Source: Yuukianura sp. NJ FZ-2021 (taxonomy: Eukaryota). From it: DNA of 64,000 nt. How positions within the stretch are numbered: position 1 is the stretch's first letter; every line of letters begins with the position of its first letter. Shown piece after piece: positions 1 to 12,380 of this stretch. The position numbers were made by a program, and so were the translations under genes. Below the pieces are notes generated by a model. The model was not told the origin of the DNA and did not search any database. It was given only the letters and a program-made list of their open reading frames with translations. The DNA lies in the NCBI GenBank assembly GCA_046563655.1, contig CM102289.1, forward strand, positions 6,324,001 through 6,388,000, given 5' to 3'.

Positions 1-1279
1 TAATCACGTCAGCATCAGATGACCTCCCCTGCAAATTAATTATCGGAAACCCATTTATGGAAGTTGTGGGATAAACCATTTTTCTTGTCTCCAAAAGTGT
101 GAAATTAACTAAATTGGATTGAATCCTATTTAACAATTGGATCAACTGATGCTGAAGTACTGGCGTTTTAAACCCATAAACTAGTACATATAAGCGTGAG
201 AACAAAGAAGCATTTCAGTTTTTACGATCCAATACGACATGTCAGCAACTTGGAGGTTTGCCACATAATTCAAAAATTTTAAACTGCAGACTAAAGAGTA
301 AAGCACATATTTTAGTTAATTGTTTATACTTTCGTGATTTTTTGGTGTCTAATCTCGTCAAGTGTCGAAAAGCATGTAGAAAGCTGATCTCCGATGACTC
401 ACAGAATGTTTAATGGTACCATTTACTGTGTTTACCGACAACGATATGCAGAGATTTGAATGTTAGTTTAAACGTTGTCAAAAAATGATGGCGAATGACA
501 TCAGAAAACAGAACAAAGATCACGAAGACGATGCTAAGATGTTTACTACAAAGTAACTTGAGAGGTGTAAAGAATTGGAAAGTGCTGATGGAAGTCATTT
601 AGTATGTAAGACAATTATTTTTATGAGATCTAAACTTTGATTCCAAAGTTTCGGTACCTCGACCTTGACTTTTCAGACGCTGAAAAAGTGTTATGCAATT
701 TTGTTCATTTCGAATATGTTTACATTCCTTCGCAAAACTAAAAACGGAGTTTTCATTGATATGTAAATTCAAATTGGAGCGCTATGTTCTGCTGCAAACT
801 TCGCTCTTTTCGAGTTCCATTTTCCACCAATGTTTTCTGAAAAACGGATGGTAGACTGTGATGGTGATGGTAGCTACAATCTCACCATCCGTTTTGAGAG
901 TATTTTGGGCCTTTTTCTGAAACCCGTCTCTGCTCCGGACGGGACGGTAGGAATCCCTTTGTGTTGGGGGAGAATGAGACTTTCGGTGCCCGCGAAAACG
1001 AAATTGAATTTAAAATTAGGGGTTGAAGTAAACTTTATGGTGTCACTTGTACCCGCGAGGTTTAAAAAAGGCGTGTCTTCCAGGTGCGGTTACGTATGTA
1101 ACCGTCGGTTGTTTTTTCGACGGAAAAGTTGGAATAAGCTGGAATTGCACCTGTTGTACCCACAGTAGCCACTGACGTCGTGTAACAATTGTGTGTTTGC
1201 AATGACGTCGGTAGTTACGTTGTGTTACGCCATATTATTACCACTGCGTGGTTACATTGTGGTTGGGCATATATATAAT

Positions 1280-1540
1280 GTCAGTGGTTACAAATGACGT
1301 CAGTGGTTACAAATGACGTCAGTCGTTACAAATGACGTCAGTGGTTACAAATGACGTCAGTCGTTACAAATGACGTCAATGGTTACAAATGGTGTCAGTG
1401 GTTACAAATGACGTGCGTGGTTACAATTGACGTCAGTGGTTACAAATGACGTCAGTCGTTACAAATGACGTCAGTGGTTACAAATGACGTCAGTCGTTAC
1501 AAATGACGTCAATGGTTACAAATGGCGTCAGTGGTTACAC
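1280..1540 (+). repeat. 19-bp tandem minisatellite (GTCAGT[G/C]GTTACAAATGAC)n, about 14 units, with a 133-bp higher-order duplication
   Basis: Units start at 1280, 1299, 1318 and so on to 1527 (period 19). The variant order from 1299 recurs from 1432. Unit junctions form TGACGTCA. Confidence 0.95.
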
Positions 1541-2373
1541 ATGATTGTAACCACCCAATGTATATGCGGGTATATTGATTTTTTCATAAAACGTTCATGG
1601 GATAATGTTTATAGCGTTTGTTTACAAGAGAAACAGTTCGGGTTCACCTTAACCGGAATCCAAATTGGGCGCAAAAAATTAACTTAGTACCATCCCACCA
1701 TACATCAAAACCGAAATTGTTTTTGCTACCGTCTGGTATTGTGGATTGAAACTTGAAGCACAATCTACCATCACCGTCACCGTCAGAAAACCGAAATTAC
1801 CTAATGTTATTTACGGAGCGTGTTGTAGAATTGTATTGTAAACTGGTTGAGTTCAGGTTTAACTACGCGAATTGTAGCAGCTGCACTGAATAGTGTAGTC
1901 TCGCTGTTACAGTGACTACGCAATGTATAGGTATATGTTAGGATGCCACTTTTTGTTAGGCTAGGTTAAATTGGCTAGTTAAGTTGCTACTAGGTATATT
2001 CACCGATTGTGGGCACAAAGACGCCTTGAATGAGTACGGTTACAATGACTGTCGTTACTCCTTAATTTCGCTTTGTAAAGTTGAAGGCAGGGAGAACGAG
2101 AACCGGACTGCCACTGCCACTGTGCTACTGCCACTGCTACTACAAAGGTCACAGTTTAATTTCGGCTTGACAGTGACACTAGAGGGAAGGGAGGCACGAC
2201 ACACTAAGTGCTCATCATCATCTACCTTGACGTTTTTGTTTCGGTAAGCTTTATTCAATTTTTTCAGTAATTCATACTCTTCGTCCTCCTCAGTCAGCTT
2301 TGAATTTATGTCATAATTTTGAATTGATCTATTTATTTAGCAGACTAAGTTGTAGAATTTCACGCGTTCAATC

Positions 2374-4043
2374 ATGACCAGGAAGCGGAAAGTAGGTCAC
2401 GGTCCAACCAAAACAGCTGTCAGCACAACGGAGAAAAAACTGGACAAAGGTCAAAACCAAGAAGAGAATAAGAGTGGCACTGATTCTCCCAAAGAAGCCG
2501 GTGAGAAGCAATTAGTCAGTATTTTAGTAATACTTGTCTACAATGAGGTTTCGGTATTAACTTAACTTTGATTGTATGCTAGATATGAATGGCAATGTGA
2601 CCTCGAAAAGTCCTGATGCGCCGGAATCCGATTCATCAACTTTACCATCGACTCGTGCACCAATCCAGAAGGCTATTAGAAAGCCCAGAGTTCGTGCTCA
2701 AATTCCCGTCAAGTCGCCGAGGGTCACCAGATCTCGTACTGCTATTGCAACTAAGGCATCCGCAGGAGATCTGGTTTCGGATCCCGTAGTGGTGATAGAC
2801 AAAACTAATGTTCCGGATTCGGTTAGGAACGAAGATAAAGAGAATCCAGTTGGGGAAAACCTTGTCAATAATAATCTGTCCAAACCTCACGAACAAGCTG
2901 ATGTACAAGTTTTGGCACCTAGTAAAGAGAATCGTGATGATGGAAATACTGTGAATAATCAATCTCTATTATCTCAAGAGGGAGAAGATGCATTCGTTCT
3001 GGCACCCACATACACTCCTCAGATACCGTCTGGATTGTCAAATTCCCCCGAAGTTGAAGAAATTCCAGTGCCTCCAGGAGGAGCTGTTTATGAAAAAGGA
3101 TTTGTCTGGGAAAATTCTCCAATGCCAAAACCGAACGGTACACCAAGCAAAGGCATCTTGAAATCCTCCGGGAACGAGCGTCTCCACTTGGACCAAAGGT
3201 CAGAACAGGATCGGGAACTGGATTCTCCAATTCCAGTAGCTGCGAAGGTTTGTTAAAATCCATTATAACAACGAATAAGTTTTTTTTAAAGTTTCACTTC
3301 TAATTTGACAATGTTAAATCTCAAATATTGTCTTATAGAAAAGCAGAGGTGGCATTTCGTTTTCTGAAGACCCACACCATGTGCGTTATTTTCATTCACC
3401 GGCAACGGCAAGGAAGCTGAGGAAGAAATCAGGAATGCTTCCTAAAATATCTCGTAGAAGACTACAACAGAAAGAAAAGCGGTCGCTTACTCCAATTCCA
3501 CAACCTTGGAATCCTACTAACGGTGAGTCTTGCATTTTATGGTTCATGTCTTATCAAGACTGCGTTAAAGTCAAAGCAATATTGAATTTTGTTTTAATTT
3601 CAGCCATGATGAGCTTACCTCTGAGCGAAGGCGAACCAGGGGCTAGTAACAATTTAGCAACGGATATTCGCTTTTCCAAGGAAAACCAGGACGTGAAAAC
3701 AGACGGTTCGTCGGCGCCATTCCAGTTTGGAGGTGGATTTTCTTACACGAATCAACCTGCCAGTGTCCATATGGATCCAGCAGCGGGAGATACCCAAGGA
3801 TTTGATCCACCATGTTCCTCAATTGAAGCAGCAACTGCATCAGCGGTGGTGGATAAAGACAACGAGTTAGCAAATGCGTCTGTCAATGGGAGTCCACCGT
3901 CAATGAATACTCCGTGCGAGACGAGTGAACAAGATGAAATTGATGAACTGATCTGCAGAGTACGTCGACTTAGTGCTGATGGAGTGTCGAAGTTTATGTG
4001 CTCCTTATTCCGTACTGGCTTTTTCAATGCGACGAAGTCCTAA
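2374..4043 (+). CDS. Uncharacterised low-complexity, probably disordered protein of about 471 aa in 4 exons (2374-2500, 2583-3247, 3339-3522, 3604-4043)
   Basis: Three ORFs join in frame through canonical GT-AG introns with consistent phases (1, 0, 1). The protein is S/P/E/N-rich with no recognisable domain. Confidence 0.65.
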
Positions 4044-4660
4044 AAGTATTATTCTTTCTCACGATAGTGATCTCTCCTTTTCATTCCAATTTAAAACTTA
4101 AATCTTAGCGTCTTCAAAAGCTTGGCTACTGAAACGATACCGTGTGCCTTACGAAACAAGTTTAGACTTAACATTTATATGAGTCTTCAAATCAAATTAG
4201 AATTCCTTTTCTACTCTAAATCAAATTAGAATTACTTTTCTACTCCTACGCTAATTCAAATACATGTTCGCATATTAGTTTTAAGTCAATTTGTGTTCTT
4301 TCAACTTATTAGGCCTTTAATTACAATTTAACACTTTGGTATAAAGTCAAATTGTGTTCATGTGGCATCAAGAACGATCTCTTTCTATGTTAAAACTCGA
4401 AGAAACAAAATAATTTTAAAATCGCTCAATTTTTCTCCCCATTAATTCAACATTCTAAATAGGCTAATTAATTCTCGATTCAATTTTTTCTCGCCACTAA
4501 AGAATTGTGGCATTACCTGGACCCTGACTAAATCTAGCAATAAAATATTCATTGAACTCACTTTTGCTTTTTAATTAATATTTTGCAACGGTAATTAATT
4601 TTAAATAACTTTATTCAATTTAAATTAATTTTAGCATCTAGTTGCATGTAGTGGACTCTG

Positions 4661-6506
4661 CTACGCAAACTCGCATGTCCCGAATACCTAAATAACTAAA
4701 TAATTCATCAGTATAAATATTTTGTATAGGACGTTTATAATTCGTTGTGTGATGCTGTTTCCATTAGGTCAAGACAGTGGGACAAGACGCCCATCTAGAA
4801 CAAAAATAGCACCAAAGTATTAGTCGACCTTGAACGGTATTCGTCTACCGATACCGAAATACCGTTTCGTCTTACCGTGCAGTCGTTTCCGTCATTTCCA
4901 TGGTAGATACTGTTGTAGATATTGACAAAGTCGTTGTCGTTCCGTTTCACTTGAAACGCAGTCGCAATGGAACTGAATTTGATAATGTTGCGTCGAATGA
5001 AATTGGTGTCGTAGTAGTTGTAATTGAGTTGACAGAAAATGAAGTTGCGACATGCGTAGTTCTCTTTAGCTTTAGCATAAATGTCCAAAACGACACTCAA
5101 TGGCTCAAATAATTCATCGTTCAGAAGATCATGAATGATCACTTCAATATCTTCTGGCTTGAGATCCATCAGAGAATTGCGCGTAATTTTGAATCTGTCT
5201 CTAATGTAAACCACGATTGGTTCAATCCAGTTGACCGTAATGTCCAAGTTGAGCTTCTTGTTCAAGAGGTCATCGGCCTTGGCAATTAACTGTTTCATGT
5301 CTGCCGGAATGTTGACTTTTTTGATGAAGTTTGTTACAGGTTGAATCATTTGTTTGACCAGGATTTTACGCACAGTCTTGTCTTTCATTTGCATCAGAAT
5401 TGTGTCGAATCTGATGGAAGTTTCTTTTTCGAGCAGGCGCAGAGCATCCGGAAGTGTTTTGGCCTTGAACAGTCTTGGAAGGAGGAAATTTAGTTTCTTG
5501 CCAAGCGGAGATTTCATGAAAGTTTGGTAGCTTTTGTAGATTTGATTCAATTTAAGAGCGTCAATGATAGTCGATTTCTAAAAATTGCAAATGTTCTGAA
5601 ATTGCTTAAAAAATTTGTGAAGTTTTGATTTTACCAAATCATCAGCTTCTCCTTCGCCCCTTGGAAGCCGGAGACTGTTACCGTCAAGGCCCAATGATGA
5701 AGCCATGGAAAGCAGAGATTCAAAATCTAGCTTTTCTGTAACCATGTTCATAATTGCTTCGTAGTTGAGTCCAGCAAATCCATTGTCCTGGAGAAGTCCT
5801 TGTGCCATGGTAATCAACATTTGAGGATTTGTTCCAATCAGATTTCCAACCATTGACCCCAGAGATGAGAGGTCAAATCCATCACCGCCTGGAGAGTCAC
5901 CGTTATCCGACGTGGATTTTTCAGTACCTAAGAAAAGTGCAACGATTCTGAGTAATTGTGTCAGTGACGCTATATTCTGAGAAAACTCAAGTCTAAACAT
6001 AAAAAAGTTTTACGATGCTTCCGATATAAAATCTGTAGTTTCAAATGAATATGATAAGCGATGGATTCGAATAGCATAGTTTTGGAATTATCGATTTTCT
6101 TATTTTTCTGATTTCATATTTTTAGTTTTTGTCCAAATACCTTTCCCAAGATTTCCAAGAACGTTGGACAGAATATTTTGGAACTGTGGACCAACCAGGT
6201 TGAGAACATCGGCTCCAACTTTGTTAGGATTTGCCAAAAAATCTTTCATGAGCTTTTCCTTAAATTCCGCCGGAAGGGCACTGTACATACCTGAAAAACA
6301 AATGCACATAGAAAACCAAAATTTTGCAAAAATTCTTTGGGAAGTTCGTTATTTTCAGTTTTACTTTTTTGAAAAATGGACTTACTTTGAATATTTTTGA
6401 GCCCATCTCCTTGCATAAAATTGTTGACAACATTTGCAAAGTCAAAGCCCTGTTGACCAACCGTCAATCCTAGACAAATGGACAACACTAGGATCTTCCG
6501 GAACAT
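4661..6506 (-). CDS. Secreted protein with a C-terminal DM4/DM12-like cysteine pattern, about 5 coding exons
   Basis: Signal peptide MFRKILVLSICLGLTVG. ORFs 6246-6515, 6100-6309, 5578-6000 and 4795-5550 are bounded by GT/AG sites. The C-terminus reads ACRNFIFCQLN...YNSIYHGNDGNDCT|VFGTCEFA*. The family assignment is from motif memory only. Confidence 0.7.
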
Positions 6507-9500
6507 CTTTGTCAAAAATCTGAAACAGAAAACACATTATGTAGTAATCTGAAAAATTGTCAATTTTAGATTAAATATTGTTCGTTGAACTAAAAGTTCT
6601 ATCTCTATTTTTCTCCTAACCGGAACTTTGGCTGTGGCTATTATTAATTTGCACAAGTATTGAAGACGCTGTTAGAGTTGTGAATATGATTGAATTTTGA
6701 AGAAAGTATTTCCCTGATGTTTCTTGCTCTAACAGGTGAATCGAAGTGGGTTCTTGGCCAAGGTCTTCTTCCGTTCTATTGTGAAGTCCTCTACTTCTTC
6801 ACCGGTTAGCCCCAGGGCAGGGCATTTACCTCTGCTTACCAGTCACAAATAGCTACCAACCACCAATAATTCCACTTTACACTTGACTCAGAACTTGAAA
6901 CCAACAGGGAAGTGCTAAAACGTTAGGCCATGAGGGGAGATTGGCATAAAATCTAACTAAATATAAATAACAGTTTTCTTACAAAAACTTCTGTAAAAAC
7001 TTCTATTTGAGAGACAGCATAGCAGGGCGATAAAAACAACGCCAAAGAACGTTTTGTAGACATGGCAACGACTGAGAATTGAGAATTCACACGCTACGTA
7101 ATCATGAAAAACCCGAACGGGTGGATTCTTTACATTTGAAATTTTGCATAACTCATGCTAACTCGCGAATCACTGCTCCTTTTGCTTTTAGAGTTGCAAG
7201 TAGTTTTTTGCAATGAACTTCCCCGCACGGCAGTGCCGGTGAAGCTCGTGTAAAGTTTACGATTGTAAATTAAATTGCTTATTCTGTATTCCGTTATGTA
7301 TTTATGCTTTGAAAAATCACACGTCAGCTCCAAATGTGTTTTAAATATTGATCTAAGCTAAGATAATAACCAAAAAAGAAGTGCAACAATTTTTCTTTTT
7401 CAAAATCTGCATTCACTACAAAAGAATTTCCAGCAGACAATTATTGAAAATTAACACCTTGTTCTTGGAAAATATTTTTGAGGTTCAAACCAATTTTAAA
7501 CCTTTGGTATTGAACTGGATTTGTCTTCATTAAAACTTCAAAGGCTTCGAATGTTGAACTTCGTGATTCGTGAAGGACCACATGTATGCATAGAGATTTT
7601 TTTTGGCGATGATGTTGTAGAAATGCGGAGATGCTGGGGATGCTGCGAGAAGAGATGAGCTGCCGTACAAGTACCCTTAGCCAAGGGTACCCCGAGACCA
7701 TGGTTGATGTTGTTGCAGTTGAGCAGGTGAGGGAAGTGGTGTGACCGGTTTTGGAGAATCTGGAATCACAGGGATGAAGATCTGTGGAAGTGATCATCTT
7801 CATCAGTCAGAATCTGGACCCAAAAGTGCCAAGTACTCCTCTATGCCAAGGGCATAAGGGCCTTTCTCTCATATCAGTCCGTAAGGGCATACGCAATTCC
7901 AAACTAGCTCAATTTTCACAAACATCACATATCATCATTACACAAAAGTTCCTAAAACATAACCTTAAACAAAGCACATGTGAAAGTGCAGTTACAGTTA
8001 ACTGTGTTGATCAAATTTTGGAATTTTGGAAAAGTTGTGAAACTTCACAAGCAAACGTTATTTCAGACTATTTTTCTTCCTTTTTTGCCGGCACGTTGTT
8101 AAAAATTTTGGTAAACTCCAATTTATTTTTTTTTAATTTTGATAATATTTATTTAGTTGAGTTTATAAAAAGTTTTTGGTAACATTTTCTTGTTTGGATT
8201 ACGTTTGTCTGCTATAATTTTTCAACTTGCTTCAAAAACATTTCTGGACTGCATTAGTTTAGTAAAGCTTTCAATCATTTTAACTGGACTTATGTTGTTC
8301 AAATAAACCTTAAGGCTTTAAACTTTTAAAGCTTTTTTCAAATCCTTTGATTGTTTTCGAAGAAAATGAAGTCGGTTTGTTTCATGTCAAAAACCTTTTT
8401 AAAACTTAAAACGTTTTATGTTGTTTTTTGAGACTGTTAAACTTAAAACATGTTTTTTCACATAAAGTTGGAAATACATTTCTTTTGTTTCCCAAATAAC
8501 AAAGTTTTTGTTCAAATTTCCAAATGTGTTTCTAGAAACGCTTAAAATTTTTTCAAAATTTTAAAGCCGTTATGGTTTAATGCCTTCCAAAAAGTTTTCT
8601 TAGTATTCAAATTCAACTTTCTTTTTCTTTAGGAAATAAACTTTGAACCAACACCAAACACGACGTCGTCTGTACCTGCTACTGAACTTAAACTCGAAAT
8701 TTAGAAAATTTTGTGAATTGTGATATAACTTGTTCCAAATTCAATTTGTGAAGACGGGAAGTAACACTTAGGAGTCCATTGTGTTTCCAAAGAAAACGTA
8801 TCTCAAAATTTGTGGTATTGTGTAGAGAAAATGCGCCATTTTTTGAATTCTCATTGACTCAAGAGAGACAGCAGAGAAAGAAGAAGAAGAAGGTTGACAT
8901 TAGAGTCGCCATTGTCACTCGACCTCATCAATTCCAAAGCAGTCACTTTTGTTCGAAAGACTTGTTCTGCTGTGTTGGAAATTTTGAAAAAAAAAAGTTT
9001 TTAAAGTTTGAAAGAAGAAGGGCCTTCTTAATCCATACGAAAGAAGATTTAAGGGCTCCTGTGTTCCCTTGGCTCCATTCTGGTGGTGGCCTCAAGGCCC
9101 CATCGAACGAACCATCACAGACTAGCAGATTGCAGACTTCATTTTGTTTTGAACAGACTTTTGAAGAGAAGCGGAGTCGCCTTTTTTTGAACAAGGAATA
9201 CAAAACACAAGACAAGTTTTTTGAATCTGAGGAGAACAATTTATCATTTATCATGATCAATCACAAAGTGTTTGTCTGCTCAAGGAGGGAAGCGAATTTC
9301 AAATGAGGTTCTGACACGAATCACTTACAAATCGAGAGCCAAGAAACGCCTGGTAAATGCAATTTTTGAAAAAAAAAATGATTTTTTTTGTAGAATTTTT
9401 AAAAATGAACAAACCTTTTACAATAAACGTCCGTCACTTTTTCCAAAACATTCCTGGCAAGCCAGAAAACAAATTAAAAATTTCATTAACAGCTTCTTTT

Positions 9501-9587
9501 TTTTCTTTTGCAGAATTCATGCTATTCAACTTTTTGCTCTAATTTGAAAATGAAATTTGAATTTGCACTTGGCCATTGACCAATGAC

Positions 9588-12380
9588 ATGGCCACAGCAT
9601 TGACGTCAATCCAGCATCAGCATCAACATTCACAACAGTTACAGTTCAGTGCTCCAGGAATTCCAGTGTCGTCATCACCCGTTAGCTCCGCCTCTCCAGC
9701 GCCATCTCCTGCCAGTGACAACTTTTGCAAAGAATGTGGATTGGCCTTTGAGTCACAAACAAGTCTCGAAGTTCATTTAAGTTATCATAGGTCAAACCTA
9801 CTCAGTCGATGGGCAGCTCAGAGCGTCCCAAATTCAAATTCTGCCGCCACTCCAAATTCAAATTCTGTCAATTCTAACATGGAGTCCAAGTTCCACCCGA
9901 AACCAGAAATCCACCCACCTCCCACCAGTGCTCCCTCAACTCCATCTTACTATGACCCGCCCCACCATGCCCCCTACTCACTTCATCCCGAGTATCAAAA
10001 TAATGTCAACGATGGGCCGCCCCACTTTCAGCGTCACCATTACCCACCACCAGAAGCTCCACCCCACGTCTACGACCATCACCGAAGGGAGCCACCAATG
10101 CCCAAAGATCGCTCGGCAGCTCCACCCGAGGAAATACTTGACCTTGATTCGAACAAAGTTCACATCTACAACCTTCCGCACCATCAGCAGCTTCAGTACA
10201 TTCAGTCCAATAATTTCTACCGTCCGTACCTAATGACTCAGTCACCAACAAATCCTGGATCCCACCCACCACCACAGCAAAACTTGCCACCCCCGCCCCC
10301 ATTTCCACATGAAACCCACCCTCCTCATATGTACAGACCAAGCTCTCCTCAGACTCGGTCTCCCGCAGGAAACATGATAATGAACAACCCATATGAATTT
10401 TCGCATGGACATGGTCAGTATCCACCAGCGGGTGGGCCACCGGATCACCAAGCTCCGCCGAATGCTTTTCATCACAGCGGGCCCCACCAGGGAGGTCAAG
10501 GTCACACATTTCGTGGAAATTTTCCGCCTAAGCAGCCATTTTCTGAAGAATCGAGGTCACCAGAGCCAATGATGACTTCGCCCAGTCTACATATGCCAAC
10601 GGAGAGAGTAACTACACCAAAGGGGAACAAGAAAAGCAAAGCAGCGGCGGGGCAAACCAACGGTGGTGGCTCAAATGAAGATTCAAATTCTCCCGCTCCG
10701 CCAAGAACTAAGGGGTGGAAAGGGGGTGAATGCAAAAGACCGAAAACTTATAACTGCACTGCATGCAACAAGTGGTTCACTAGCAGCGGCCATCTCAAGC
10801 GTCACTACGGTACCACTTTGCATAAGGTACGTTGAAATAAAAAGTATTTCAAAAAAAAGTTTGTGTTTTTTAAAAACAAGTTCCGATTTTGTTTTAAAAG
10901 CATTAGTTAATCCTGCCTTGCGCTTTGGGTACTTTAAAACTTTACTCGAACAATTGTGGTTAGGTATTTTGTGTTCAAAATTTTAAAAAAGCTTGTTTGA
11001 AAATGTTGGGTTTGTTTGATTAACTCCCTGGAGCTTCCTGTTTCTGTTTGATTAAGAATTCTTTTGTGCCGGTTGCAGAACTCCCTTCGTCAGCGCGGTG
11101 AGAATCCGGATGATGAGCCTCCGGCCCCTTCAAACGGCAAGAAATCCAAGGGCCCACAACAGCAGATGCAACTTCCAAAGAGGACTTCAGGTGAGGACTG
11201 CAATGGTTCTGGTGGGGAGTCCAACAACGACAATGGAGTCGAATCTAGCGCATCCTCAAGGGCCAAATCCGATGACCTGCCAAGGAACTCTAACCATTCG
11301 CCACCTCCAAACACCAATGGGAACGGCCAGAGACTTCCAGAATTCAGTCACACTCACGGTCATCATGCTATGATGAGTCCAGTTCCACCCAATGGTGGTC
11401 CAAATCCACCAACTTACCTTCATGTCTACCACAATGGACTTCAAGGGCCCCCACCCCAAGGACCTTATGCTATGTCGCCTCATATGATGTCGCCGCACGG
11501 ACAGTTCCATCCGTCCCTTGGGTACGACACCCCCGGGGGGCTCATGCCATCTTCAAATGTTTATGCCGTATCGGTACCGACGAGTATGTACAACGGTGGG
11601 TATCCTCCGACGTTGATGGGATCCGATCTTCCGGGAAGTTCACTTCCGCCGTTCGGTACCGTTCTGTCACCATACGATCAACAGTTTTCTCATGCCGGTT
11701 TGACCATGACCTCCAACGGTCCAGTGTACCTTCATCACGGAAGTGTCGGTCCACCCCCAGGGTCACCGCCATTTGACAACGAGTCTGGTGTCCATAGCAA
11801 CAGCACTTCGGACGGTACGGAGCTAAAAAACGGGGAAAGCCCGGAAGCTGCTAGATCTGCTAGCGCTGCTTCCGGGCTTGAAATCTCCGATGACGCCGAG
11901 CTCCTGTCGGTCTCTTCCGCTTCAACCGGCTTCTCAAGTGGAACTGACGAATCTGATCTTAGTTCTGGAGTGACCTCTACGAGTCCATCAGACACTAACG
12001 TGATAAAGTGTCCCAACTGCTCCAAGACGTTCAATCGCCCTTGCTACTTGACCCAACATCAAAAGAGTTCTCACTCTGGCGGGAAACCATTCAAATGCCC
12101 TACTTGCGGCAAACGATTTCTGGAAGCTCCCGCGCTTTCTGATCACGTCGCAAAGCACGGAGACAACAAACCGTACAAATGTGAGCTTTGCCCGAAACAG
12201 TTCAACCACAAAACGGATTTGCGACGCCATCTTTGTTTACATTCGGGTCAAAAACCGTACGTTTGTTCCATCTGTGGTAAAGGCTTTATTCGAAAAGATC
12301 ACATGAACAAGCACTGTGAGACACACAGAAAGGTCAAAGGTCAAGGTAACCAAAATCAAATACTTACTCAAGGTCAATAA
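9588..12380 (+). CDS. C2H2 zinc-finger transcription factor with 2 coding exons (9588-10826, 11079-12380) and 6 fingers
   Basis: N-terminal finger CKEC...HLSYH; finger CTACNKWFTSSGHLKRHYGTTLH; four tandem C-terminal fingers with linkers GKPF, NKPY and SGQKPY; P/H/Q-rich spacers; in-frame splice CATAAG|gt...ttgcag|AAC. Orthology is not established. Confidence 0.93.

Noticed and set aside
1..600. Possible degraded coding sequence at the window start
   Set aside because: Frames are interrupted by stops and no family is recognisable.
1280..1540. CRISPR-like appearance of the repeat array, and ORF 1484-1687
   Set aside because: The units are contiguous with no unique spacers, the context is eukaryotic, and the ORF begins as translated repeat.
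4189..4247. Direct duplication of about 29 bp (aaatcaaattagaatt.cttttctactc)
   Set aside because: An ordinary local slippage duplication with nothing pointing to function.
8779..9547. ORFs upstream of the zinc-finger CDS
   Set aside because: Low-complexity translations with non-ATG starts; more likely 5' UTR or intron of the zinc-finger gene.
9928..12230. Antisense and alternative-frame ORFs overlapping the zinc-finger gene (likewise over Brf1, Vps11 and the BTB exons)
   Set aside because: Expected shadows of GC-richer coding sequence.
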